The notes under the pieces were generated by a model. It worked only from the letters and a program-made list of their open reading frames with translations. It was not told where the DNA came from and made no database searches. DNA of 56,638 bases from the NCBI GenBank assembly GCA_045657225.1, contig JAZOSR010000033.1, forward strand, positions 1 to 56,638, given 5' to 3'. This stretch comes from Eubacteriales bacterium (lineage in GTDB: Bacteria > Bacillota > Clostridia > Oscillospirales > CAG-272). Every line of letters begins with the position of its first letter. The stretch's first letter is position 1. Shown piece by piece: positions 47,451-56,638 of the stretch. The translations under genes were made by a program, and so were the position numbers.

Positions 47451-48164
47451 ATGAAACAACACAAACAACTGCTTGTTGGCTATTACCACTACGGCGTCAT
47501 TCTCACCTACCTCTCTGTTGCCGCCGCCATCGTTGGCATCTGCTTCTCGGTAGGAGGAAACAAGGATAACATGCCCTGGGTCGGCGTGATCTGCCTGATC
47601 GTTTCGGGTCTTTGCGACGCGTTTGACGGACTTGTTGCAAGCACCCGTAAAAACCGTACCCGTGAGGACAAAATGTTCGGCGGCAGAATCGACTCCTTGA
47701 GCGATCTTCTCGCATTCGGCGTTGCGCCCGCTATGATCGGCTTCGGCATGGGCATCAACAACTGGTTCTACATTCCCGCATACGCGTTCTTCGTGCTCTG
47801 CGCGCTCATTCGCCTTGCTTACTTTGACGTTACCGAGATCATTCGCGCCGAGGACCCCAACTGCGGCAAGCGCGACCATTACATCGGCATGCCCGTTACC
47901 TCCGTTGCCTTCGGACTTCCCGTGGTCTATCTGATCGCTACGATCTTCGCACCCAACTCCGTTACTTGCGACGCCATTATGATCGGCGGCTACCTTGCCA
48001 TGGGTATTTTGATGATCTCCCGCTTTAAAACCAAAAAGTTCGGGCCCAAGGGCATTTGCATCGCATTTGGCATTCTGGCGGTCATTCTCGCCGCCCTGAT
48101 CGTGATCCACATTGCCGTGCTGGATGCTACGATGCTGAACACCTGGCACACCTTAAAGCCATGA
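47451..48164 (+). CDS. pssA: CDP-diacylglycerol-serine O-phosphatidyltransferase
   Basis: DAFDGLVA..G..IDSLSD..FGVAPA CDP-alcohol motif and RLAYF; adjacent to psd. Confidence 0.8.
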   Translation: MKQHKQLLVGYYHYGVILTYLSVAAAIVGICFSVGGNKDNMPWVGVICLIVSGLCDAFDGLVASTRKNRTREDKMFGGRIDSLSDLLAFGVAPAMIGFGMGINNWFYIPAYAFFVLCALIRLAYFDVTEIIRAEDPNCGKRDHYIGMPVTSVAFGLPVVYLIATIFAPNSVTCDAIMIGGYLAMGILMISRFKTKKFGPKGICIAFGILAVILAALIVIHIAVLDATMLNTWHTLKP

Positions 48165-49012
48165 GAAGGATCATTCCAAAGGAGGACGTCGCCCCCGGCA
48201 AGTTCCTTCGCTTTTGCTATCACACCAAGGCAGGCGAGCTCTTCCTGCGCGCGGCAACCTGCCGCACCGTTTCAAAGGTTGCGGGCGCCTTCCTTGACAG
48301 TGGGCTTTCCCGTCCCATTATCGACGGCTATGCCGAGCGTAACGGCATTGATATGACGCAGTTCGAAGAGGGTCCATTCCCCTCCTTCAACGCCTTTTTC
48401 ACCAGACGCGTGAAGCCCGAGCTTCGCCCCGTTGACACCGACGAAAACGCCTTTATCTCCCCCTGCGACGCCAAGCTCTCGCTTTACCGGATCGACGAGC
48501 AAGGCACCTTTGACATCAAGGGCTTTTCCTATACCACAGAGCGCCTTGTCAGGAGCGAGCGCCTTGCCGAGTTTTACCGCGGCGGCTACTGCGTCGTGCT
48601 GCGCCTCTCGGTTGACGATTACCACCGTTATATCTACCTTGACAACTGCCTGCCCGGCAAGGAGCGCTTCATCAAGGGCAAGCTGCACACCGTCCAGCCC
48701 GTGGCGCTTGAATCACGCCGCGTCTTTACCGAAAACTGCCGTGCCTGCACCATTTTGCGCACCGAAAATTTCGGCAAGGTCACACAGGTCGAGGTCGGCG
48801 CACTGATGGTCGGCAGGATCGTTAACAACAAGGTACAGGGACCGGTCCTGCGCGGTGATGAAAAGGGACGCTTTGAATTTGGCGGCTCGACGATCGTGCT
48901 TTTGGTTGAAAAGAACAAGGTCGCCTTTGACGAGGAATTTTTCGAGAACACCCAAAACGACGCGGAGACCGTGGTTCGTTGCGGCGAGCGCATCGGCACT
49001 AAAATAAAATAA
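48161..49012 (+). CDS. psd: Phosphatidylserine decarboxylase proenzyme
   Basis: SFNAFFTR, SPCDA, RL..DDYHR, VGALMVG and FEFGGST cleavage motif. Confidence 0.92.
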   Translation: MRRIIPKEDVAPGKFLRFCYHTKAGELFLRAATCRTVSKVAGAFLDSGLSRPIIDGYAERNGIDMTQFEEGPFPSFNAFFTRRVKPELRPVDTDENAFISPCDAKLSLYRIDEQGTFDIKGFSYTTERLVRSERLAEFYRGGYCVVLRLSVDDYHRYIYLDNCLPGKERFIKGKLHTVQPVALESRRVFTENCRACTILRTENFGKVTQVEVGALMVGRIVNNKVQGPVLRGDEKGRFEFGGSTIVLLVEKNKVAFDEEFFENTQNDAETVVRCGERIGTKIK

Positions 49013-49071
49013 TAATAACGGCGGTCAACACAACGAGAAATGTTCTTAGCGAAAAAATTATCTAACAGCCG

Positions 49072-49119
49072 GTAGGGGCGAACTGTGTTCGCCCGCGGGC
49101 GTTCAAAAAACGCCCCTAC
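49072..49119. repeat. GTAG-type REP doublet (REPIN-like)
   Basis: GTAG-GGGCGAAC-tgt-GTTCGCCC followed by inverted GGGCGTT..AACGCCC-CTAC. Confidence 0.85.
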
Positions 49120-49156
49120 GGATAAGCAAAATTTAATACGCAGTAAACAATTAATT

Positions 49157-49196
49157 AACCCCGACAGATTTCAAACAATGAAAACCTGTCGGGGTT
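49157..49196. terminator. Long hairpin with AAACAAT loop; probable bidirectional terminator
   Basis: AACCCCGACAG-a-TTTC-aaacaat-GAAA-ac-CTGTCGGGGTT, 3 bp after the DUF4279 stop. Confidence 0.55.
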
Positions 49197-49199
49197 TGC

Positions 49200-49616
49200 T
49201 TATTCATTTTCAGAATTAAATAAATACATATCAATATCTATTTGTGTTCTTGTGGCATGACAAAAATCAATTACATCAAGAGGCGGCGCAAGACAAGGAT
49301 TGATATCATCAACATGAATGGAAGGCACAATCTCCAAAAAGAACTCAACATCATTTTCTTCTCTAATTTGATTTAGTATGGCAATCTTATCAAGTAACAT
49401 AGAAATTGTTTTTCTCATTTGATTTTCTACATACACATCATATTCCGCACATCTACCAATTTCCCAATTGGCAAATTCGTACTTTGTACCATTACGTCGC
49501 ACATCACCAATTTTCCAACTCTTTTCAGGTGTAAGGTTCAGTAACGCAGAAACATCGTCAGGATTGAAATTTCCAACAATCCTGAAATATGTATAGCAAC
49601 TATTTCTGGTATTCAT
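49200..49616 (-). CDS. DUF4279-like protein, AT-rich
   Basis: YFRIVG.FNPDDVSALLNLTPEKSWKIGD and terminal IDIDMY pattern; GGAGG RBS. Confidence 0.7.
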   Translation of the reverse strand: MNTRNSCYTYFRIVGNFNPDDVSALLNLTPEKSWKIGDVRRNGTKYEFANWEIGRCAEYDVYVENQMRKTISMLLDKIAILNQIREENDVEFFLEIVPSIHVDDINPCLAPPLDVIDFCHATRTQIDIDMYLFNSENE

Positions 49617-49720
49617 ACAATCCTCCGTAAATGTTTTGATTCATCGCCAGTTTCGCCTTTATATTACAAAGGCATAGGGCAAAGCCCATACCCCTTTAGA
49701 GATGTACGAGCGCATCCATA

Positions 49721-49917
49721 GGCTCCCTCCCGGAGCGAGCTCCCGACGAAGTCGGGTGAGGGAGAGCGCGTTACAATGAAGTTAGTACAAACCTAAAGTT
49801 ACGCAGGCTCCTTCCGTCACGCTAAGCGTGCCACCTCCCTCTCGGAGGGAGGCTTTTCGTTAGTTCCATTATAACACAAATCGGCAGAGGAAACAATCAC
49901 TCTGCCGAAATTTTGTG
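49721..49917. mobile_element. Gene-less (putative non-autonomous) copy of the DUF559-associated structured element
   Basis: 49721-49853 homologous to 315-445 and 49876-49916 homologous to 828-867, joined by 22 bp instead of 382 bp; mobility is inferred, not shown. Confidence 0.7.
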
Positions 49918-49968
49918 CCTTCAAATTCTCCGTTAAGGACAACAGAGAAATTGCGTTGACCGCTTTTT

Positions 49969-51648
49969 TTACATCATTGCCGCATTTAATTCCTCACGGA
50001 AGGCAAGCAGCTGCTCGGGGCTTTCCACCTTTGTATACATGCTGATCTCACCGAAGTGGCGCTCGATCAGCTCGCGCGCAAACGCGGCGCCGCGCTTTTT
50101 CTCAAGTGCCGTGAGGGCACGCACGTCAAGCAGCGCCTCGCCAAAGACCTTTTGGCGCGTTGACTGTATCGCCGTGCCGTTCGTTGCGGGATAGACAAAG
50201 TAGCAAGTGCCCGCGTGGTTATTGTAGCCGCAAGGGTCGATCTTGGGGTCGAAAAGACCTTGGCTCATCAAGTTGTAATAATAATTATAGCCCCAATGCA
50301 AAAAGCCCTTAATGCCGTGATAATACATCTCAATGCCAATGAGGCGGTTGACCTCGGGACGGTTGATGATCAGGCGGTTGCTGAGCCCGTTCGACGTTTC
50401 TCCGCCCGTGTAGTAGCACCAAAAGCTCTTACATTTGCCGTAAAACTCGTGCACATGGTCGGTGCGCACGATCGGCGTTTTCACGTAACCCTTTTTGTAG
50501 AAGAGATAGTCGGAGAGCGCGTCGCCGCACAAATACCCATCAAGCATATCGCCAACCGCTTTTACTGCCGCCGCAAAGGTTTTCTCGTGGCGCTCGCGCG
50601 GCTCGTCGGAGATGTGGAAGAGCACTCTTTTGCTAAGCCCCTCCTCCTTTAAAAACGCGAGCATTGCGGGGATATACGCCTTAAGAAAAGCGCGGTAGCG
50701 CTTGCCGCAGGCGGGCGTGTGCCAGCCAAGGTATTCCTCGGTCTTGCCGTCCCTTTCCACCTCAATGGAGGGTGCCGCCTCGGCGCCCCACTGCGTGAAG
50801 AAATGGGAATGCTCAAAATATTTGATGCCCGCCGCGCGCGCCGTGTCGATAAAGCGCTTCGCGAGCGAAAAATCAAAGGTATATTTACCGCCCTCGAGCT
50901 TCACCTTCACCAGCTGCGCGTTCATGCGGCGCATGCCGATGGGGGTGTCAAGCGCGGGGGTAAAGAAGGGCGTGAGGATCATGTTCATGCCGTTTTGCGC
51001 CGCCTTTTTCATAAAGTCAAAGGCGATCTCAAAGAAGCGGTCGGAGTAGATCGGCACGCCGTAAATGTCGGCAAGGCAGTCGGCGTGGAACCAATTCGTG
51101 TAATAAAGCCTTTGCGCGGGTAAGCGCGCGGGCACGATCTTCACGGTCAGGGTGTCGCTTGAAAGCCGCTCGTTCGTTTCCACGCTGTAAAACTCGACCG
51201 TGACGGGATACTCTCCCGCCTTTACCGTGCGCCCCGCCTCGTTCACTGTCAGCCAGCACGCCTGCCAGCTATCCTTCGTCGCGATCTGCTGCTGACGCTC
51301 GCCGATCTCATAATAGCGTATTCTCGTTTTCGAGCCGCAATAAGACACCTTCGCGTTGAGGGTCTTGGGCAGGAGCATATCGGGATAAAGACCCGCTTGC
51401 GCCTCCTCATTCGGCACGGCGCCCGTCGCGTGCAAGACGGGCACGTATCCCACGTAGTAGGGTGTGATCTTCAAATCGGAGTACACGCGCATATATACGC
51501 ACTCCTTGAGCGCATCCGCAGATTTAAAAGCCACCTGGAAGGAAAGCGGCTCGTTTTGAAAGGCGGAAAGCGCCGCGAGGGGCGCGCCGCAATCGGGCGC
51601 ATCGGGAAAGACGCGGTGCAAGGAGCTCAGCAATTTCGTTTGTAGCAT
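49969..51648 (-). CDS. DUF4091 / GH123-like glycoside hydrolase
   Basis: YTNWFHADCLA, HFFTQWGA, FHISDEP, GFLHWGYN and C-terminal S.R....EAL.D.RAL; AAGGAGG RBS before ATG 51648. Confidence 0.75.
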   Translation of the reverse strand: MLQTKLLSSLHRVFPDAPDCGAPLAALSAFQNEPLSFQVAFKSADALKECVYMRVYSDLKITPYYVGYVPVLHATGAVPNEEAQAGLYPDMLLPKTLNAKVSYCGSKTRIRYYEIGERQQQIATKDSWQACWLTVNEAGRTVKAGEYPVTVEFYSVETNERLSSDTLTVKIVPARLPAQRLYYTNWFHADCLADIYGVPIYSDRFFEIAFDFMKKAAQNGMNMILTPFFTPALDTPIGMRRMNAQLVKVKLEGGKYTFDFSLAKRFIDTARAAGIKYFEHSHFFTQWGAEAAPSIEVERDGKTEEYLGWHTPACGKRYRAFLKAYIPAMLAFLKEEGLSKRVLFHISDEPRERHEKTFAAAVKAVGDMLDGYLCGDALSDYLFYKKGYVKTPIVRTDHVHEFYGKCKSFWCYYTGGETSNGLSNRLIINRPEVNRLIGIEMYYHGIKGFLHWGYNYYYNLMSQGLFDPKIDPCGYNNHAGTCYFVYPATNGTAIQSTRQKVFGEALLDVRALTALEKKRGAAFARELIERHFGEISMYTKVESPEQLLAFREELNAAMM

Positions 51649-51749
51649 AAAATAATCCTCCTTTGGGGAACTATCTTTATTATAATGCTTGTTTGCAACA
51701 AAATCAATAGCACAAAGCTGCTGAATAATAGCATTTTTTACAGGCAAAC

Positions 51750-51780
51750 AAAAAAGAGGCGTGCCATGCACGCCTCTTTT
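51750..51780 (-). terminator. Intrinsic terminator of gap
   Basis: AAAAGAGGCGTGC-cat-GCACGCCTCTTTT. Confidence 0.8.
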
Positions 51781-51792
51781 GGGGAGCTGAAA

Positions 51793-52821
51793 TTAGATCT
51801 CAGCAAAGTACTTGATGGTGCGAACCATCTGGCTGGTGTAGGAGTTCTCGTTGTCGTACCAAGAAACAACCTGTACCTGGTAGGTGTTGTCGTCGATCTT
51901 GGAAACCATGGTCTGGGTAGCGTCAAACAGAGAACCGTAGCGCATGCCGATGATATCGGAGGAAACGATCTCCTCCTCGTTGTAGCCGTAGGACTCGGTA
52001 GCAGCAGCCTTCATAGCAGCGTTGATGCCGTCCTTGGTTACGTTCTCGCCCTTTACGACAGCCACGAGAATGGTGGTGGAGCCGGTGCAGGTGGGAACGC
52101 GCTGAGCGGAGCCGATGAGCTTGCCGTTCAGCTCGGGGATAACAAGACCGATTGCCTTAGCGGCACCGGTGGAGTTGGGAACGATGTTCTGTGCGCCTGC
52201 ACGTGCACGGCGAAGGTCGCCCTTGCGCTGAGGACCGTCAAGGATCATCTGGTCACCGGTGTAAGCGTGAACGGTGGTCATGATGCCGGACTGGATTGCA
52301 GCGTAGTCGTTAAGAGCCTTAGCCATGGGAGCAAGGCAGTTGGTGGTGCAGGATGCAGCGGAAATAACCTGATCCTCAGCGGTGAGGGTGTTGTGGTTTA
52401 CGTTGTAAACGATGGTCTTGAGGTCGTTGCCTGCGGGAGCAGAGATAACAACCTTCTTAGCGCCTGCCTGAATGTGAGCCATGGACTTCTCCTTAGAGGT
52501 GTAGAAGCCGGTGCACTCAAGAACAACGTCAACGTCAAGCTTACCCCAAGGGCAGTCAGCTGCGTTCTTCTCAGCGTAGATCATGATCTCCTTACCGTCA
52601 ACGATGATGGAATTCTCGGTAGCGGCAACGGTGTGAGTGTTCTCACCCATCTTACCGCAGAAAGAACCCTGCGCGGTGTCGTACTTGAGAAGGTGAGCAA
52701 GCATTGCGGGGCTGGTCAGGTCATTGATCGCAACCACCTCGTAGCCCTCTGCGCCGAACATCTGACGGAACGCAAGACGACCGATACGGCCAAAGCCGTT
52801 AATAGCAACTTTTACAGCCAT
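51793..52821 (-). CDS. gap: Glyceraldehyde-3-phosphate dehydrogenase (type I)
   Basis: [19 protein letters not shown] and SWYDNE. Confidence 0.98.
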   Translation of the reverse strand: MAVKVAINGFGRIGRLAFRQMFGAEGYEVVAINDLTSPAMLAHLLKYDTAQGSFCGKMGENTHTVAATENSIIVDGKEIMIYAEKNAADCPWGKLDVDVVLECTGFYTSKEKSMAHIQAGAKKVVISAPAGNDLKTIVYNVNHNTLTAEDQVISAASCTTNCLAPMAKALNDYAAIQSGIMTTVHAYTGDQMILDGPQRKGDLRRARAGAQNIVPNSTGAAKAIGLVIPELNGKLIGSAQRVPTCTGSTTILVAVVKGENVTKDGINAAMKAAATESYGYNEEEIVSSDIIGMRYGSLFDATQTMVSKIDDNTYQVQVVSWYDNENSYTSQMVRTIKYFAEI

Positions 52822-52993
52822 TGTAAAAATCCTCCGTTTTTTATATTTTATTTTTTAGGTAACCCATTTGGAACCATCTTACATTTTACCCTATTTTTAG
52901 GAAATTGACAAGGGCTTTGTTAAAAATTCATCATTTTTTTGCAATTTGCCAATTTCTGCGGTTTGGTAAGAACCGATTTTGTTTATTTTTGCC

Positions 52994-54673
52994 TTATTTC
53001 TCGAAGAAAGCGCGCACACGCGCAAGCTTTTCGCTCGCCTCTTCCTTATCCTTTGCCGCAATGCAGTAATAATATTTGCATTTTGGCTCGGTGCCGCTCG
53101 GGCGCACCGCAACGAAGCTGCCGTCCGACAAGAGATAACGCAGGACGTTTGAGGGTGGGAAGCCCTCGCTCTGCATTTCCCTTCCAAGATAGTCCTCAAT
53201 GCGCACCACCGAAAAGCCCGCTACCTCTCTTGGAGGCTCGCGGCGCAGGCTCTCAAGGAGCGACGCGATCTTCGCGATGCCCGACGAGCCCTTGTGAACA
53301 ACGCTGAATTGCGTATCAAGGAAGAAGCCGTGCTCCCTATATAAGTCCTCCAGCACGTCAACGAGCGTTTTGCCCTGCGACTTGTAATACGCCGCCGCCT
53401 CGCAAAGCATGAGCGACGCCTGCACGCCGTCCTTGTCGCGCGCAAAATCGGAAATCAGACACCCGTAGCTCTCCTCATAGCCGAACACGTAGCTGCCGCA
53501 CAGGGCACCGCTCTCAAGCGCATGGATCTTATCACCGATAAACTTAAAGCCCGTGAGGGTCTTTTCAACGCGCACGCCCCATTTTTTCGCCACCGCGTCA
53601 CCAAGCGTTGAGGTCACCACGGTATTGAACATCACGGCATCCTCGGGCAGCGCGCCTCGCTCGCTTCTCGTTGACAAAATATACTCAAGCAAGAGCGCAC
53701 CCGACTGGTTTCCGGAGAGCAGCACGTAATCCTCGCCCGACTTTACCGCCACGCCCAGTCGATCGCAATCGGGATCGGTCGTGATCGCAATATCGGCATT
53801 TTCCCTTCTGGCGTACGCCAGCGCCATGTCAAACGCCACGCGCACCTCGGGATTCGGATTTTCCGTCGCGCTGAACTCGGGGTCGGGCGGACATTGCTCC
53901 GCCACGGGTATCACGCGGTAGCCCGCGCGTGTCAGCACCTCGCGAACGGGAATATTGCCCGTACCGTGTTGGGGGGAATAAACGACTGTTAACCCCTCAT
54001 CACTCACCTCGGGCGAGAGACGAATGCCAAGCACCGCCTCGTAATATTGCTCGTCAAGCGAGGGGGGTAGCACCGTCATCAAATCGCCTGCCTCCTCCTT
54101 CGTCAGCGAACGAACGCTAAGCGGGTCCTCGACCGCGCTGATCTCATCGGTCAGTGCGTCGGACAGGTGCGGCACCAGCTGACAGCCGTGCTCGTCGTAG
54201 ACCTTGTAGCCGTTATATTCGGGTGGGTTGTGCGACGCCGTGATCATCACGCCGCCGACCGCGCCAAGCTCGCGAACGGCAAAGGAAAGCATCGGCGTCG
54301 GGCGGAGCGCATCAAACAAAAAGGCACGTATCCCCTCGGCGGCAAGCACGCCTGCGGTCTCCATACAAAACTCACGGCTCATGCGCCTGTTATCGTGCGC
54401 AACGACCACGCCTCTTTTTGCCGCCTCGCTGCCGAAGCGCTTTTTCAAATATTTTGCAAGTCCAAGCGACACCTTGCGAATGGTGTAACGGTTCATGCGA
54501 TTGGTCCCCATGCCGATGACATCGCGAATGCCACCCGTTCCAAAGGAAAGGTTGCGATAAAAGCGATCATGGATCTCCTGATCATCCCCCGCGATTGCTT
54601 GCAGCTCGGCGCTCGCCGTGGGGTCATCCCCCAGCCGCGCGACCCATTCCATGTATAATTTCTTACTTTCCAT
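52994..54673 (-). CDS. pgm: Phosphoglucomutase/phosphomannomutase
   Basis: FGTGGIR, TASHNP, DPDCDR, LTGFKFIG, GYEESYG and RPSGTEPK. Confidence 0.92.
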   Translation of the reverse strand: MESKKLYMEWVARLGDDPTASAELQAIAGDDQEIHDRFYRNLSFGTGGIRDVIGMGTNRMNRYTIRKVSLGLAKYLKKRFGSEAAKRGVVVAHDNRRMSREFCMETAGVLAAEGIRAFLFDALRPTPMLSFAVRELGAVGGVMITASHNPPEYNGYKVYDEHGCQLVPHLSDALTDEISAVEDPLSVRSLTKEEAGDLMTVLPPSLDEQYYEAVLGIRLSPEVSDEGLTVVYSPQHGTGNIPVREVLTRAGYRVIPVAEQCPPDPEFSATENPNPEVRVAFDMALAYARRENADIAITTDPDCDRLGVAVKSGEDYVLLSGNQSGALLLEYILSTRSERGALPEDAVMFNTVVTSTLGDAVAKKWGVRVEKTLTGFKFIGDKIHALESGALCGSYVFGYEESYGCLISDFARDKDGVQASLMLCEAAAYYKSQGKTLVDVLEDLYREHGFFLDTQFSVVHKGSSGIAKIASLLESLRREPPREVAGFSVVRIEDYLGREMQSEGFPPSNVLRYLLSDGSFVAVRPSGTEPKCKYYYCIAAKDKEEASEKLARVRAFFEK

Positions 54674-54812
54674 ACCAAGACCTCCCGCGTTACCGCACTA
54701 ATATTTATATTATATCATAATAAATGAAATAAACTCAATTATTATTATTAATTTTTTGTAAAATATTGAAATATTCTCACCGCACAAAATATATCTTTGC
54801 GCCCTTCCCCAC

Positions 54813-54841
54813 TTGACAAGGCGAAAAAATTCACCTATAAT
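54813..54841 (+). promoter_or_regulatory. Consensus sigma-A promoter for proS
   Basis: TTGACA-17 bp-TATAAT. Confidence 0.8.
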
Positions 54842-54882
54842 ATATAGTTAGTATATATTTTCCGCTTGAAAGGATATTTGAT

Positions 54883-56322
54883 ATGGCAAAGGAAAAGAAA
54901 TTAGTAGAGCAGATCACCTCCATGGAGGTCGATTTTGCACAGTGGTATACCGACGTCGTGAAAAAAGCAGAGCTGATGGATTATTCCAGCGTCAAGGGCT
55001 GCATGATCCTGCGCCCCTACGGCTACGCCATCTGGGAAAACATTCAAAGAGAGCTTGACACGCGCTTCAAGAAAACGGGGCACGAAAACGTGTATATGCC
55101 CATGTTCATTCCCGAGAGCCTTCTCACCAAGGAGAAGGATCACGTCGAGGGCTTTGCGCCCGAGTGCGCGTGGGTGACGTTCGGCGGCGAGAATAAGCTC
55201 TCGGAGCGCCTTGCCGTGCGCCCCACCTCCGAAACGCTGTTCTGCGAGCACTTCCGCAACGTCATTCAGTCCTACCGCGATCTGCCCAAGCTCTACAATC
55301 AGTGGTGCTCGGTCGTGCGTTGGGAGAAGACCACGCGCCCGTTCCTCAGAACCTCCGAGTTTTTGTGGCAGGAGGGTCACACCATGCACGAAACCAAGGA
55401 GGAGGCACAGGCAGAAACACTGCAAATGCTCGGCGTTTACGAGGATTTCTACCTCAATGCCCTTGCAATTCCCGCCATCACGGGTCAGAAGACCGACAAG
55501 GAAAAGTTTGCGGGTGCGGAGGCTACCTATACCATTGAGCCGATGATGCACAACGGCGTGGCACTCCAGGGTGGCACCTCCCACTTCTTCGGTGACGGCT
55601 TCGCCAAGGCGTTTGACATCACCTTTACCGCACGCGACAATACCGTAAAGCATCCTTTCCAGACCTCTTGGGGCGTGTCCACGCGCTCGATCGGCGCCAT
55701 CATCATGACGCACGGTGACGACAACGGTCTGATCTTGCCCCCTGCCGTCGCGCCCATTCAGGTCGTCGTCATTCCCGTTGCCCAGCACAAGGAGGGCGTG
55801 CTTGACAAGGCAAACGAGATCAAGAACCGCCTCGCAAGCACTCTGCGTGTGAAGCTTGACGACAGCGATCAGTCCACGGGCTGGAAGTTCAGCCAATATG
55901 AGATGAAGGGCGTGCCCGTACGCCTTGAGATCGGCCCGAAGGATATTGAAAACAACTCCTGCGTGCTGGTCAGCCGCGTCACGCGCGAGAAGAAGTTCGT
56001 GTCGCTTGACAACGTCGAGGCGGAGGTTGCCGCCATGCTCGCACAGGTACACGAGGAGCTCGTTCAGCGCGCAAGAGCAAACCTTGCCGAAAAAACGCAT
56101 ATCGCCACCACGCTTGAGGAATTCCTTGACACAGCAGAAAACAAGCCCGGCTACATCAAGGCGATGTGGTGCGGCGACGTTACCTGCGAGGAGATGCTCA
56201 AGGAAAAGACCGGCGGTGTCAAATCCCGTTGCATCCCCTTCACTGAGGAAAAGCTTTCCGATAAGTGCGTGTGCTGCGGCAAGCCGGCGAAGCATATGGT
56301 CGTCTGGGGCAGACAATATTAA
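54883..56322 (+). CDS. proS: Prolyl-tRNA synthetase (archaeal/eukaryote-like type)
   Basis: [40 protein letters not shown] and C-terminal Cys cluster ending WGRQY. Confidence 0.97.
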   Translation: MAKEKKLVEQITSMEVDFAQWYTDVVKKAELMDYSSVKGCMILRPYGYAIWENIQRELDTRFKKTGHENVYMPMFIPESLLTKEKDHVEGFAPECAWVTFGGENKLSERLAVRPTSETLFCEHFRNVIQSYRDLPKLYNQWCSVVRWEKTTRPFLRTSEFLWQEGHTMHETKEEAQAETLQMLGVYEDFYLNALAIPAITGQKTDKEKFAGAEATYTIEPMMHNGVALQGGTSHFFGDGFAKAFDITFTARDNTVKHPFQTSWGVSTRSIGAIIMTHGDDNGLILPPAVAPIQVVVIPVAQHKEGVLDKANEIKNRLASTLRVKLDDSDQSTGWKFSQYEMKGVPVRLEIGPKDIENNSCVLVSRVTREKKFVSLDNVEAEVAAMLAQVHEELVQRARANLAEKTHIATTLEEFLDTAENKPGYIKAMWCGDVTCEEMLKEKTGGVKSRCIPFTEEKLSDKCVCCGKPAKHMVVWGRQY

Positions 56323-56324
56323 TT

Positions 56325-56597
56325 GGGCTGTTTATTTTGCGCAGACCAAAAACACACTTTTAAGCACAACTTAAATAACCGCTTTCCTTTATCCTTTTGG
56401 GGTAAGGGAGAGCGGTTTCGCTTTTTAAAATCATTTGAGGTAGAAATTCGTGCCGAATTTCAATCAATGTGTGTTTTTTAGCCGTGCTCTCGGCACTCAA
56501 TGTATTAAATACATTTCTCGTGCCGAGATCACTGCTTCTGCATCAAACTAAACAGCCCTCCTTTATGGTTGCGGATTTGCGCAGACCAAAAACACAC
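56325..56597. repeat. Composite direct/inverted repeat with inserted long hairpin
   Basis: TTTGCGCAGACCAAAAACACAC at 56336-56357 and 56576-56597; inverted relative at 56469-56558 split by a ~58-bp hairpin. Confidence 0.7.
56377..56418 (+). terminator. Probable terminator after proS
   Basis: AACCGCTTTCCTTTATCC-tttt-GGGGTAAGGGAGAGCGGTT stem with G-U pairs. Confidence 0.65.
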
Positions 56598-56638
56598 ACG
56601 AATTACCTGCTTTTAACAACTGCTTTCGCTTAACCTCT

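Noticed and set aside
46354-49012. Flippase-like/pssA/psd operon as a novel system
   Set aside because: Consistent with ordinary phosphatidylethanolamine synthesis; nothing anomalous seen.
49157-49199. Integron attC site after DUF4279
   Set aside because: It has AAC...GTT ends and bulges, but it is shorter than typical attC sites, matches the R boxes poorly, and no integron integrase or cassette array is present.

Overview
Chromosomal segment of a Bacillota (Clostridia-like) bacterium, inferred from the gene content, near-consensus sigma-A TTGACA-17-TATAAT promoters and AGGAG-type RBSs. The core-like content is trpS, proS, gap, a phosphoglucomutase, rlmD, a flippase-like/pssA/psd phospholipid operon, ThrE and CHR transporter pairs and several glycoside hydrolases (GH39-, GH29-, GH43- and GH123-like). 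It also carries a ~2400-aa secreted repeat protein and a 14.5-kb Wzx/Wzy polysaccharide locus with UDP-L-FucNAc genes and a LicD/cytidylyltransferase pair. The most unusual signals are non-coding and sit next to small proteins. (1) A DUF559/Vsr-like nuclease gene at 380-790 lies inside a structured element: a four-hairpin inverted doublet overlapping its 3' end and an upstream AAACAAT-loop hairpin. A gene-less copy of this element with compensatory stem changes occurs at 49721-49917. (2) A two-armed array of ten TCGATAT-tagged, sequence-variable hairpins (42021-42303) lies between the rlmD 3' end and a four-helix-bundle (Avd/IVS-like) gene, on an AT-rich islet that also encodes an IS30-HTH/AbrB-like fusion. 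(3) There is an orphan GTAG REP doublet and a composite repeat at the right end. No rRNA, tRNA, CRISPR array, integrase, reverse transcriptase or intact transposase was recognised. All family assignments are from visual motif recognition, not database searches.
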